Positions 1-9,104 of a stretch of DNA of 19,418 nt are shown here, in pieces. Location of the stretch: NCBI GenBank assembly GCA_046757525.1, contig JBHHYI010000077.1, positions 1 to 19,418 of the forward strand, written 5' to 3'. Each line of letters begins with the position of its first letter. The stretch's first letter is position 1. The position numbers and the translations under genes are program-made. The DNA comes from a bacterium. GTDB taxonomy: Bacteria; Zhuqueibacterota; Zhuqueibacteria; Oceanimicrobiales; Oceanimicrobiaceae. The notes under the pieces are model-generated. The model saw nothing but the letters and a program-made list of their open reading frames with translations. It did not search any database and was not told the origin of the DNA.

Positions 1-231
1 GGTTCGAAGGCGCAAGCAGGGCTTGCGCACGCCAAAGCCGAATCCCCTGGACTAAGGAGCGTGTCAACCAATCGAGTTGGCCCATCCGTCCGGCTCTCGA
101 CGGACCAGTCCGGCGACCGACGGATGCTTGAGAAAACGCAGTCCCCATACCCGAACGTTTCTCTGAAGCTGAGCCCTTGCCCTGTTTTCAGCATTTCCGG
201 TTCACTGTTCATGAAACTTTTGACACGTCCC
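1..231. repeat. Partial (window-truncated) copy of a MITE-like composite repeat, with an extra internal palindromic segment
   Basis: Positions 1-40 match 13118-13157 at 35/40, and about 151-226 match 13166-13241 at about 60/76 ungapped, both ending AAACTTTTGACAC. The segment at about 41-146 is absent from the second copy and contains the inverted repeat CATCCGTC...GACGGATG. Confidence 0.8.
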
Positions 232-236
232 CAAGA

Positions 237-977
237 TTACTTCGGAGGTGCTGTTCGAGGATGCTTTTGTGGCCATTGGGTTAACACCGCTTTTAGAATC
301 TGCCAGACATTCTTGGCCACGATCTTGTGCCCTTCGGCCGTCGGGTGAATTCGGTCCGGCTGGTTGAGTTCGGGCACGCCGCCAACCTCTTGCAGCAAGA
401 AAGGAATGAGCGCGGCGTGGTTTTTTTTCGCCAGGGCCGGGAACAACCGTTTAAACTGCAAGGTGTAGGCTTGCCCTAAGTTGGGTGGTGCCTGCAGGCC
501 AGCGATGACAAGTTTCACCTCGGGGTACTTCCCTCTCGTCTTGTCGATGATGGCCTGAAGATTCTGCCGGGTGACGTCCAGGGGAATTCCGCGCAGGACA
601 TCGTTGCCGCCCAGTTCGAGCACGAGCACATCGATTTTGCGCTTTAGCAGCCAATCGATGCGACGCAGTCCACCCGCAGAAGTTTCGCCGCTCAGCCCGG
701 CGTTGACGACTTCAAACTTCCAGCCGAGAGAATCTATTTTTTGCTGGATCAAGTTTGGAAAGGCTTGTGCAGGATTCAAACCAAACCCGGCGGTTAAGCT
801 GTTGCCCAAAAACAGAATGACCTTAGGTGTGTCGGCTGCCTTTGAGCTATCCGCGACAACACGAGTCCCTTTTTGTGATTTTGCCTGAATAAAAACTGGC
901 CAGGGGTTGTTATTATTTGCTAAATTGAAAACCCCGATTAAAACGATGAAATAAATTGTTTTTATTATAGTAAGCAC
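237..977 (-). CDS. tesA: SGNH/GDSL-family arylesterase / acyl-CoA thioesterase I (TesA-like), exported
   Basis: SGNH blocks LFLGNSLTAG, NAGLSGETSAGG, ELGGND and DRIHP; hydrophobic N-terminus; divergent from ybbA-ybbP as in the known tesA/ybbAP arrangement. Start codon uncertain. Confidence 0.9.
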   Translation of the reverse strand: MLTIIKTIYFIVLIGVFNLANNNNPWPVFIQAKSQKGTRVVADSSKAADTPKVILFLGNSLTAGFGLNPAQAFPNLIQQKIDSLGWKFEVVNAGLSGETSAGGLRRIDWLLKRKIDVLVLELGGNDVLRGIPLDVTRQNLQAIIDKTRGKYPEVKLVIAGLQAPPNLGQAYTLQFKRLFPALAKKNHAALIPFLLQEVGGVPELNQPDRIHPTAEGHKIVAKNVWQILKAVLTQWPQKHPRTAPPK

Positions 978-1076
978 GATGCTGTTGAGTTTCTGTTTTT
1001 ACTTTGACTAATATAAACATATTTGTTGCAAAATTCATCGATTTTTTTTAAATAGCATTTTGCCTTAACCTGCACC

Positions 1077-1808
1077 ATGAACAATATGGCAATCTTAAGT
1101 GTAGAAAAAATCACAAAATCGTTTCAGAGCGGCAACCGGACCTTGACCGTTCTTAAGGAGGTCTCGTTCACGCTCGAAGCGGGAACGAGCTGCGCCATTG
1201 TCGGCCCCTCGGGCAGCGGCAAAACCACGCTCTTAGGACTGTGTGCAGGTCTCGATCGGCCCACTGCCGGTTCGGTAGTGTTCAACGGCATAAAATTGGA
1301 CACGCTCAGTGAGGATGAGCGCGCACGGATTCGCAACGAACAAATAGGCTTTGTGTTTCAAAATTTCCAATTGATGCCCACGTTGACGGCTTTGGAGAAC
1401 GTCATGGTGCCCCTGGAGCTGCGTGGCGAGAACCACGTCAGGGACCAGGCCAGTGAATTGTTGCGCCGTGTGGGACTGGAAGATCGTTTGCACCATTACC
1501 CCATTCAACTCTCCGGCGGAGAACAGCAGCGGGTTGCCATGGCCAGGGCTTTCATCAACCGGCCCGGCATTCTGTTTGCCGACGAACCGACCGGCAACCT
1601 GGACGTCGAAACCAGCAAGAACGTCGTAAACCTCCTTTTCGAGATGAACCAGGAGGCCGGCACAACCCTGGTTCTGGTTACTCACGATCATGAGCTGGCC
1701 GAACGCACGCAGCGCATCATCCGGCTGAAAGGCGGTATGATCTACTCAGACAGCAACGCCAGCGATGCAGCGACTCCCCCGGTTGCGGCTAATATTGTTA
1801 AAACGTGA
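1077..1808 (+). CDS. ybbA: ABC transporter ATP-binding protein (YbbA/LolD-like)
   Basis: Walker A GPSGSGKT, signature LSGGEQQRV, Walker [14 protein letters not shown]-loop VTHD; located between tesA and a large FtsX-type permease. Confidence 0.9.
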   Translation: MNNMAILSVEKITKSFQSGNRTLTVLKEVSFTLEAGTSCAIVGPSGSGKTTLLGLCAGLDRPTAGSVVFNGIKLDTLSEDERARIRNEQIGFVFQNFQLMPTLTALENVMVPLELRGENHVRDQASELLRRVGLEDRLHHYPIQLSGGEQQRVAMARAFINRPGILFADEPTGNLDVETSKNVVNLLFEMNQEAGTTLVLVTHDHELAERTQRIIRLKGGMIYSDSNASDAATPPVAANIVKT

Positions 1809-1821
1809 GTTTGGTTAACAG

Positions 1822-4377
1822 ATGAATTCGAAAAATAGGCCGGTTCTGTTCAATCCCTGGGTCTGGAAGATGGCCTGGCGCGACAGTCGCACCCATCGCA
1901 AGCGCCTGCTTTTGTACATGTCCTCCATCATATTCGGAATCGCGTCTCTGGTGTCCATCGCTTCTTTCGGTGAGAACCTCGAAGTAGCCATCGCGGATCA
2001 GGCAAAAACATTGCTGGGGGCGGACTTGCTTGTTTCAAGTCTGCAGCCGTTCAGTCCCGAGGCAGAAGCGCTGTTCGATTCCGTTGGGGGCGAGCAATCC
2101 CGCGAGATTGTCTTCAATTCCATGGCTTACTTCCCCAAAAACCAGGGCACGCGCTTAGTGCGGGTCAAGGCCCTGGCAGGGGACTTTCCTTTTTACGGCG
2201 ACCTGACAACAGAGCCCGTCACGGCTGCCAACACCTACAAAAGCGGAGCCAACGCCCTGGTGGACCAGGCTTTGATGCTGCAGTTCGACTTGCAGGCCGG
2301 CGACTCCATTAAGATTGGCGCGAAGACGTTTCAGATTGCGGGCCGTTTGACGAAAATACCCAGCGAACCTCCCATCAGTTCGACCTTCAGTCCCCAGGTT
2401 TACCTGCCTTTGCGTTTCGTGAGTCAGACCAACCTCATTCAGCGAGGAAGCCTAATTCTCTACCATGTTTATTTCAAATTTGCCGACGAAGTCGCTGTCG
2501 AGCAGCGGGTGCAAAAGCTAACGCCTTACCTGAACAAATATCGGCTGTCCGTGGACACGGTTGAAAAGCGCAAAAACAGGTTTGGACGGGTCATGAAAAA
2601 CCTGTACCGCTTTCTCAATCTCGTCGGTTTTATCGCCCTGATTTTGGGCAGTGTTGGCGTTGCCAGCGCTGTGCACGTCTACATTAAACAGAAGCTGGAC
2701 AACGTTTCCATTTTGCGTTGTGTGGGCGCGCAAGCTAAGCAGACGCTGTGCATTTATTTGATCCAGACCTCAGCCATTGGGCTGGTAGGCTCCATGGTTG
2801 GGGCCCTGCTGGGCCTGGGCGTCCAGACTTATCTGCCTGAAGTTTTCAGCGACTTTTTACCTGTTACCATTGAACATTTCGTGGCCTGGGGAGCCGTTTT
2901 GCAAGGCCTGCTCATCGGCCTGGGGATGGCGCTGTTATTTTCCTTGCTCCCGTTGGTTTCCATTCGCAAGGTTTCCCCTTTGCTGGCCCTGCGTTCGTCA
3001 TTCGATGACAGCCAAAAGGCACCCAAAGATTCTCTGCGCTGGCTGATCTTGTGTGTCATCGTGGTTGCCATCGGTGCGTTCGGCATTTACCAATCCGGCC
3101 ATTGGATTTTGGGTTTGAGTTTTTGTATTTTTGTTGGCGTGGCATTCGCCGTGCTTGCGGGTGTGGCAAAATTGATTACCGTTTTGTTTAAAAAGGGCTT
3201 TCCACGAACGTGGCCTTATGTCTGGCGCCAGGGGCTGGCCAATCTTTACAGACCCAACAACCAGACTCTGTCGCTCATGCTTGCCGTAGGCCTGGGAACT
3301 TTCTTGATTACAACGCTCTACTTGACGCAAGAGACCTTATTAAAGAAAATATCTTTTGCCGCGGGTGAGGGCCGGCCCAATTTGGTTTTGTTTGACGTGC
3401 AGCCTGACCAAAAAGAAGCGCTGGTGGAACAACTTCGTTCTTCTGAACTGCCCATTCTGCAAGCAGCGCCCATGGTGACCATGCGCCTGCAATCACTGAA
3501 AGGAAGGCGCGTTGAGGCTATTCTGAACGACTCAACACGATCGATTTCCAAAGGACTGCTGACCTGGGAATATCGTACCACCTATCGCGACTCGCTGTTT
3601 GATTCAGAGCAGATTGTGGCAGGAGAGTGGCAAGGGCAGGTCGCTGACGGCTCAGAGGTGGTACCCATTTCTTTCGAGCAAGGCGCAGCAGCACGACTGG
3701 GTGTAACCGTGGGTGACACGATTGTATGGGATGTCCAGGGACTGCCGTTAACCACAACCGTTGGCAGTTTGCGCAAAGTGGACTGGCAGCGCTTTCAGGC
3801 CAATTTCATGGTGGTTTTCCCGCAAGGCGTCCTGGAAAGTGCTCCACAAATCTACATCCTGGCGACGCGAGCCGATTCTCCGGAGAGGTCCGCACGGCTA
3901 CAAAGAGCTGTGGTGCAAACGTTTCCCAATGTTTCCATGATCGACCTAACCCTGGTGCTCGACACCATTGAAACGTTCCTGGACAAGATTGCCTTCGTCA
4001 TTCGCTTCATGGCGTTCTTCAGCATTTTTACCGGTCTGATCGTGCTGGCAGCGGCGGTCATAACCAGCCGCTACCAACGACTTCAGGAGAGCGTTTTGCT
4101 GCGAACCCTGGGTGCTGCAAAAACGCAGGTCAAAAAAATCATGGCCATCGAATACTTGTTTCTGGGTTGTTTTGCAGCCCTGACGGGTTTACTGCTCTCT
4201 TATCTCAGCAGTTGGGCTTTGGCCTATTTTGCGTTTGACTCCGTGTTTGTTCCAACCATCTTGCCTTTCGTGATCGTGCTGGCCACCGTCACCGGCCTTA
4301 CCATAATGATCGGCATGATAAACAGTCGCGGCATTTTTGATCGTCCGCCTCTGGAGGTGCTGCGAATTGAAGTGTGA
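1822..4377 (+). CDS. ybbP: ABC transporter permease, YbbP-like (duplicated MacB-PCD/FtsX)
   Basis: 851 aa, two halves each with a TM helix, a large periplasmic domain and a TM cluster; motifs MAWRD, LLGADL, ILRCVGA/LLRTLGA; 13 nt downstream of the ATPase. Confidence 0.88.
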   Translation: MNSKNRPVLFNPWVWKMAWRDSRTHRKRLLLYMSSIIFGIASLVSIASFGENLEVAIADQAKTLLGADLLVSSLQPFSPEAEALFDSVGGEQSREIVFNSMAYFPKNQGTRLVRVKALAGDFPFYGDLTTEPVTAANTYKSGANALVDQALMLQFDLQAGDSIKIGAKTFQIAGRLTKIPSEPPISSTFSPQVYLPLRFVSQTNLIQRGSLILYHVYFKFADEVAVEQRVQKLTPYLNKYRLSVDTVEKRKNRFGRVMKNLYRFLNLVGFIALILGSVGVASAVHVYIKQKLDNVSILRCVGAQAKQTLCIYLIQTSAIGLVGSMVGALLGLGVQTYLPEVFSDFLPVTIEHFVAWGAVLQGLLIGLGMALLFSLLPLVSIRKVSPLLALRSSFDDSQKAPKDSLRWLILCVIVVAIGAFGIYQSGHWILGLSFCIFVGVAFAVLAGVAKLITVLFKKGFPRTWPYVWRQGLANLYRPNNQTLSLMLAVGLGTFLITTLYLTQETLLKKISFAAGEGRPNLVLFDVQPDQKEALVEQLRSSELPILQAAPMVTMRLQSLKGRRVEAILNDSTRSISKGLLTWEYRTTYRDSLFDSEQIVAGEWQGQVADGSEVVPISFEQGAAARLGVTVGDTIVWDVQGLPLTTTVGSLRKVDWQRFQANFMVVFPQGVLESAPQIYILATRADSPERSARLQRAVVQTFPNVSMIDLTLVLDTIETFLDKIAFVIRFMAFFSIFTGLIVLAAAVITSRYQRLQESVLLRTLGAAKTQVKKIMAIEYLFLGCFAALTGLLLSYLSSWALAYFAFDSVFVPTILPFVIVLATVTGLTIMIGMINSRGIFDRPPLEVLRIEV

Positions 4378-4425
4378 ACAAAACCATGGGCTGGTTCGTT
4401 TAAGAATTGAGGCTAAAATTAATTC

Positions 4426-4453
4426 TTGACTTTCAAGACAAAGTTAGTATATT
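4426..4453 (+). promoter_or_regulatory. Sigma70-type promoter with an inverted repeat over the -35 box
   Basis: TTGACT (4426-4431), 16-nt spacer, TATATT (4448-4453); inverted repeat TCTTGA-ctt-TCAAGA at 4424-4438. Confidence 0.65.
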
Positions 4454-4514
4454 ATTAATGGATTTGTAATACTTCCGATAATCATACTAAGTAAAGCGAA
4501 TAGAGGTACGAAGC

Positions 4515-4685
4515 ATGAAAGCACCGCTAAGCAAAAAGGTACGCAAGGTACTCAGCTCACCAAAAGATGCTAAGGCCTTTGCCGACGCCATTCGCAACAA
4601 TTTCCAAGATGAAAAGGAAGCCGAAGTCGAACTACCCAGCGGGCAGAAGATGCGGATAAGAAAACTGGATACCAACGAACACTAA
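4515..4685 (+). CDS. Small hypothetical protein, 56 aa (below the ORF-track cutoff): MKAPLSKKVRKVLSSPKDAKAFADAIRNNFQDEKEAEVELPSGQKMRIRKLDTNEH
   Basis: ATG at 4515 preceded by GAGGT (4503-4507), TAA at 4683-4685, downstream of a good promoter and 39 nt before the next gene on the same strand. Confidence 0.75.
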   Translation: MKAPLSKKVRKVLSSPKDAKAFADAIRNNFQDEKEAEVELPSGQKMRIRKLDTNEH

Positions 4686-4724
4686 TCCCCTACCCTCAAC
4701 CAAACGCCCACAAATTAAGTTTGA

Positions 4725-5462
4725 ATGAGCATAGCCTTCAGTGCTGTTCTTATCTTTTTAATGTTCGCTCCTGGAGCTATTTTAAGAAGGAGCTACTTAT
4801 CAGGAAGATTTTCAAAAAAATTCATTTATTCCTCCGCCGTTGACGAGATATCCTGGGCTATCATACCGGGCACGCTCCTCCACTTAATCATGCTTTATTT
4901 TACACAGCAACTCACCAGCTACGGCATCGACTTTTCCAGCCTTGGCTTTCTCTTGACGGGTGCTAAGGATGATGCAAATGTCGCTTCTGCCTTCCAGGTC
5001 GTTGGAAGAGATATCTGGAAGATCACCGGTTACAATCTGTCTCTCTGGTTATTCGCCGCAGCACTGGGGCATGGGTTTAGAATGCTGGTGAGGTCGCTGC
5101 GCCTGGACCTTAAGTACGACCTCCTTCGGTTCAACAACGAGTGGTATTATTTCATGAGCGGTGAGATAATCGCAAAGGACATTGACTTTGTCTGGATCGA
5201 TGCGTTGGTGCAGACCTCAGAAGGAAGCATTATCTATTCGGGTTTGTTGCAGGATTTCTATTTGTCTAAAGATGGCGGCCTGGAAAGGATTTACTTGACG
5301 CAAGTTGCGCGCAGAAAGCTAAGCAACGAGGCCGTGGACAAGCCATCAGAAAGCGAGCAGGAAGGCACACCGAGATATTACGATGTGCCCGGCGACCTGT
5401 TTGTCATCAAGTATTCTCAAGTGGTCAATTTGAACCTGAATTACTTTAGCACCGTGGAGTAG
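4725..5462 (+). CDS. Hypothetical membrane protein (about 3 N-terminal TM helices plus a soluble beta-rich C-terminal domain; possibly DUF6338-like)
   Basis: 245-aa ORF; hydrophobic segments at about aa 3-20, 44-62 and 100-120; N-terminal ..APG.I.R pattern and EWYYF / IYSGLL motifs. Family assignment is from recollection only. Confidence 0.75.
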   Translation: MSIAFSAVLIFLMFAPGAILRRSYLSGRFSKKFIYSSAVDEISWAIIPGTLLHLIMLYFTQQLTSYGIDFSSLGFLLTGAKDDANVASAFQVVGRDIWKITGYNLSLWLFAAALGHGFRMLVRSLRLDLKYDLLRFNNEWYYFMSGEIIAKDIDFVWIDALVQTSEGSIIYSGLLQDFYLSKDGGLERIYLTQVARRKLSNEAVDKPSESEQEGTPRYYDVPGDLFVIKYSQVVNLNLNYFSTVE

Positions 5463-5489
5463 CCGGGCTCGCTGCTCAGGCGGCCCGGC
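5462..5489. terminator. GC-rich hairpin between convergent genes
   Basis: GCCGGGC...GCCCGGC stem directly after the TAG of 4725-5462; no U-tract, so intrinsic termination is uncertain. Confidence 0.3.
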
Positions 5490-5587
5490 GCAGCACAGTC
5501 ACGCTCTGGCAGGCAAACTCATTGCGTGAAATCTCGCCTACCACTATTCAGCTCAGAATCTTTAACCTCCTCAGAATCCCACGCCAC

Positions 5588-8500
5588 CTACTTGCTTGTC
5601 ATCTTCTCGTCGGGCTTCAAAAACACGGCCGGCACTTCCTGTTCCTTGACCAGACGATTGAAGTCAGGCACGTCGGTGGCCATCACCTCGTTGAGCCTGG
5701 TGAGGTTGCCGTCCAGTCTTGCCGAAAGCTCGTCGAACACGGCGTAGGCCTGTTTGGTGGGCCGGGTGTCGGCGCTGGCCACCGTGCCAGCCAAAGACGC
5801 CAGCTTGTTGTTCAGCTTGATCGGATAATTGAGAGCGTCCTGGGACGCTTTGATTTTGACCTGAATGATCTCTTCTTCAATACCCTTGAGTTTTTCCTTC
5901 AAAGCCTTGGCTGCGTCGGCAATGGCCTTTTCGCCCGCTTGACCCTTTACGCGCTTTACCACGCCGTCGACTTGTTTGCGAATATCCCGGATTTTGTTGA
6001 CCGCTTCGTGCGCGGCGGAAAGCCGGTCCCGGATTTTTATGAGCAGGTCGAATTGCTCTTTGAAATCGGCCATTGAGGTCTCGACCCGCGGGTCTTTTTT
6101 AATCTCAAAAGGTTGGCTTAGCGTGCGGTCGCCCACCGTCAGACGCACCTGGTACTGCCCCGGCCTGGCTTTGGGACCTCGAACGGAACCGGCCCAGAGC
6201 AGAGCACCGGGGACTTTGGTAGCGTCGGGATAACGCAGGTCCCAGACAAAGCGATTCATGCCGGCCTCGGCAGGCACTTTGTCCTTTTGAGGCGGTTCGC
6301 CGAAAAAGGCTTCGGTCTCTTTTTTCTTCTTTTGTTCTTTCTCCTCCCCCTTGCTGCTAAAGGTCTTGATCGACTGGCCGTCGGCGTCCAGGATTTCCAG
6401 CTTCACCTCTTCGGTGGGCTTCTCTTTGAAGTAATAGTGGAAGACAGCGCCGTTGGGCGGATTTTCTCCAACGCTCAAACCTGGCCGTCTGAAGCTGAAA
6501 CTGCGAATTCGGTAGGTGGCACGTACCTTGAACAGATGCAGGTCCGCCTGAGCTACCTGGGCGTCAATTTCATAAAGCGGTGTCAGATCGTCTAAGATCC
6601 AGAAGGACCGGCCGTGGGTGGCCACGACCAGATCCCTTTCGCGGGCTTGAATGGCCATGTCGTGAATGGGGACGGCCGGAAGATTGAGTTGCAACGACTG
6701 CCAGTGTGCGCCGTCGTCAAAGGAGACGTGCACGCCCCGTTCGGTGCCAGCGTAGAGCAAACCCTTGCGGTTAGGGTCTGCACGCACCACGCGGGTGTAT
6801 TCGTTGGCCGGAATGCCGCGAGTGATGAGTTGCCACGACTTGCCGTAGTCGTGGGTTTTGAACAGGTACGGCTTGAAATCGTCCGACTTGTAGCGGGTGG
6901 CCGCCAGATAGGCCGTGGCCGGATCGTGCGGCGACGCTTCAATGATACTGATCAGGGCCCACTCCGGTAGCTTTTTCGGCGTTACGTTTTCCCAGGTTTG
7001 ACCGCCGTCCCGGCTCACGTGAACCAGACCGTCGTCGGAACCGGCCCAGAGCAGCCCCTGCTTCAGCGGTGATTCGACCAGGGAAAAAATGGTACAGTAA
7101 TACTCCACGCTGGTGTTGTCTTTGGTAATAGGTCCGCCCGAGGGGCCCAGCCGCGTGGAATCGTTGCGCGTAAGATCTGGACTGATGACTTGCCAGCTCA
7201 TGCCCTCGTCGGTACTTTTGAACACGTGGTTGCCGGCCACGTACAGCACGTTGCCATCGTGGGGCGAAATCACAATAGGATAGGTCCACTGGAAGCGGTA
7301 TTTCAAGTCTCCGGCTCCGGCTCCCATGGGATTTTCAGGCCAGACCTGAATGTTCTGCTGTTGTCGCGTGCGGTGATCGTATCGTGTCAGGTAGCCATCG
7401 TAGCTGCCGGCAAATACGATTTCGGGATGGTCGGGTCGAAAGGCAATGTAGCCACTTTCGCCGCCACCCACGGAATGCCAGTCTGCCCGTCCGATTCCGA
7501 AGCCGGTGGTGCGGCTGGCAATGCTGACGGTGCTGTTGTCCTGCTGAGCGCCGTAGACGCGGTAGGGGAATTGGTCGTCGACGGTGACGTGGTAGAACTG
7601 GGCCGTGGGGATGTCTTCCTCGGTCCAGCTCTTGCCGCCGTTGTAAGACACTATGGCGCTGCCGTCGTTGCCACTCACCATGCGCAACGGATTGTTGGGG
7701 TCGATCCACAAGTCGTGGTTGTCGCCGTGGGGCACGGAAATGGTCTGGTCAAACGTCTTGCCGCCGTCGTTGGATTTGTGGAAGCGCACGTTCAGCACGT
7801 AAACCGTTTCCGGGTCGCGGGGGTCGGCGTAGATGTGCGAATAGTACCAGGCGCGCTGGCGCAGCTTGCGGTCCTGGTTGACTCGTTTCCAGGTGGTGCC
7901 GCCGTCGTCGGAGCGAAACACCCCGCCCTCTTCTGCCTCGATGATGGCCCACACGCGCTGTGGATTGGCTGGCGAAACGGTGACCCCGATTTTGCCTTTG
8001 ATGCCTTTGGGCATGCCTTTGTTTTGGCTCAGGTCTTTCCAGGTGGTGCCGCCGTCAGTCGATTTGTACAGTGCGCTGCCCGGGCCGCCGCTGGACATGC
8101 TGTAAGGATTTCGGTAAGCTTGCCACAAGGCTGCAAACAGAATTCTGGGATTGGACGGATCCAGGGCCAGATCGATGGCCCCGGTTTTGTCGTTCTTATA
8201 GAGCACTTTTTGCCACGTCTTGCCGCCGTCTTTGGAACGGAAGACCCCGCGCTCCGGGTTTGGCCCAAACACGTGTCCCAGGGCTGCCACGTAAATTAGG
8301 TCCGGACTGCGCGGATCAACGACGATTTTACCGATGGTCTGGGTTTCGGCGAGTCCAACGTGCCTCCAGGTCTTGCCGCCATCTTCGGATTTGTAGACGC
8401 CATCCCCGGGCGAGATGTTGCCGCGAATGCAGGCCTCACCCATGCCGACATAGACCACGTTGGGGTCGGACTCCGCCACCGCAATGGCGCCGACGGAACC

Positions 8501-8833
8501 GGTTTGAAACAGACTGTCGGAAATGTTGAACCAGGTGAGTCCGCCGTCTTCGGTTTTCCACACGCCGCCGCCTGTGGCCCCAAAGTAGTAGGTGTAAGGC
8601 TGATCCGGGTGGCCAGCTACCGCCACCGAGCGTCCGCCGCGGAAGGGACCGATATTGCGCCATTTCAAGGCTTTGTAAAGGTTTGGATTGTAAAGGGCAG
8701 CCGTGTCGTTGCCGCTGCGTGCCCGGGCGTTGTACACCAGCCCAAGCGTCAACACCACAACGCCAATCCAGGCAACGCGCCTGACCAGCGCCGGCGTTGA
8801 CCCATGCCTGGTTATTCTTTTCGATCTGTTCAT
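5588..8833 (-). CDS. Secreted VPS10/sortilin-like BNR (Asp-box) beta-propeller protein, usually annotated 'glycosyl hydrolase'
   Basis: 1081 aa; signal peptide ending ..NARA; WRNIGPFRGGR start of the mature domain; many S/T-x-D-G-G-x-T-W Asp-boxes; HGDNHDLWIDP, YRFQW, VATHGRSFWILD; helical C-terminal tail; GGAGG RBS. Confidence 0.9.
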   Translation of the reverse strand: MNRSKRITRHGSTPALVRRVAWIGVVVLTLGLVYNARARSGNDTAALYNPNLYKALKWRNIGPFRGGRSVAVAGHPDQPYTYYFGATGGGVWKTEDGGLTWFNISDSLFQTGSVGAIAVAESDPNVVYVGMGEACIRGNISPGDGVYKSEDGGKTWRHVGLAETQTIGKIVVDPRSPDLIYVAALGHVFGPNPERGVFRSKDGGKTWQKVLYKNDKTGAIDLALDPSNPRILFAALWQAYRNPYSMSSGGPGSALYKSTDGGTTWKDLSQNKGMPKGIKGKIGVTVSPANPQRVWAIIEAEEGGVFRSDDGGTTWKRVNQDRKLRQRAWYYSHIYADPRDPETVYVLNVRFHKSNDGGKTFDQTISVPHGDNHDLWIDPNNPLRMVSGNDGSAIVSYNGGKSWTEEDIPTAQFYHVTVDDQFPYRVYGAQQDNSTVSIASRTTGFGIGRADWHSVGGGESGYIAFRPDHPEIVFAGSYDGYLTRYDHRTRQQQNIQVWPENPMGAGAGDLKYRFQWTYPIVISPHDGNVLYVAGNHVFKSTDEGMSWQVISPDLTRNDSTRLGPSGGPITKDNTSVEYYCTIFSLVESPLKQGLLWAGSDDGLVHVSRDGGQTWENVTPKKLPEWALISIIEASPHDPATAYLAATRYKSDDFKPYLFKTHDYGKSWQLITRGIPANEYTRVVRADPNRKGLLYAGTERGVHVSFDDGAHWQSLQLNLPAVPIHDMAIQARERDLVVATHGRSFWILDDLTPLYEIDAQVAQADLHLFKVRATYRIRSFSFRRPGLSVGENPPNGAVFHYYFKEKPTEEVKLEILDADGQSIKTFSSKGEEKEQKKKKETEAFFGEPPQKDKVPAEAGMNRFVWDLRYPDATKVPGALLWAGSVRGPKARPGQYQVRLTVGDRTLSQPFEIKKDPRVETSMADFKEQFDLLIKIRDRLSAAHEAVNKIRDIRKQVDGVVKRVKGQAGEKAIADAAKALKEKLKGIEEEIIQVKIKASQDALNYPIKLNNKLASLAGTVASADTRPTKQAYAVFDELSARLDGNLTRLNEVMATDVPDFNRLVKEQEVPAVFLKPDEKMTSK

Positions 8834-8883
8834 CTCACGCCTCCGGAATTATTTTGGTTGTGCCGTTGCAAATCAAACAGTTC

Positions 8884-8950
8884 ATTAGCCCTACCGTTCA
8901 GACTGACTGCGACAAACAGTTCCGGTAGGGCTAATCCGTTCGAATCGGTT
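8884..8950. repeat. REP-like inverted repeat
   Basis: Perfect 13-bp arms ATTAGCCCTACCG (8884-8896) / CGGTAGGGCTAAT (8923-8935). Confidence 0.65.
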
Positions 8951-8975
8951 AAGTGCAATTCCAAGTTATCGATGC

Positions 8976-9041
8976 AAACCCTGACAGGGTTTCGTCGACA
9001 ATCACAACCATCGTTTTGCTGTCAAAAACCCTGTCAGGTTT
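8976..9041. repeat. Inverted pair of REP-like palindromes
   Basis: AAACCCTGACAGGGTTT (8976-8992, self-palindromic) and its near reverse complement AAACCCTGTCAGGTTT (9026-9041). Confidence 0.7.
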
Positions 9042-9104
9042 ATTCCAAACATGTCCACGATTAAGCGTCCTCTGCCCCCAAATCGATCTCCCACCTGGCC
9101 CTGG

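Noticed and set aside
61..348. 95-aa ORF, and its counterpart 12953-13276 with similar peptide (PNVSL..KLLT)
   Set aside because: Similarity comes from the shared non-coding repeat; no RBS, and the first overlaps tesA antisense.
1004..1035. Sigma70 promoter for ybbA (TTGACT at 1004-1009)
   Set aside because: No good -10 hexamer at 16-18 nt spacing, and the AT-rich context makes chance matches likely.
4487..4675. 62-aa minus-strand ORF
   Set aside because: Antisense to the better supported 4515-4685 ORF, which has a promoter, RBS and operon context.
7190..8299. 369-aa plus-strand ORF (also 5522-6076 and similar)
   Set aside because: Antisense shadow of the GC-rich VPS10-like gene; no recognisable motifs.
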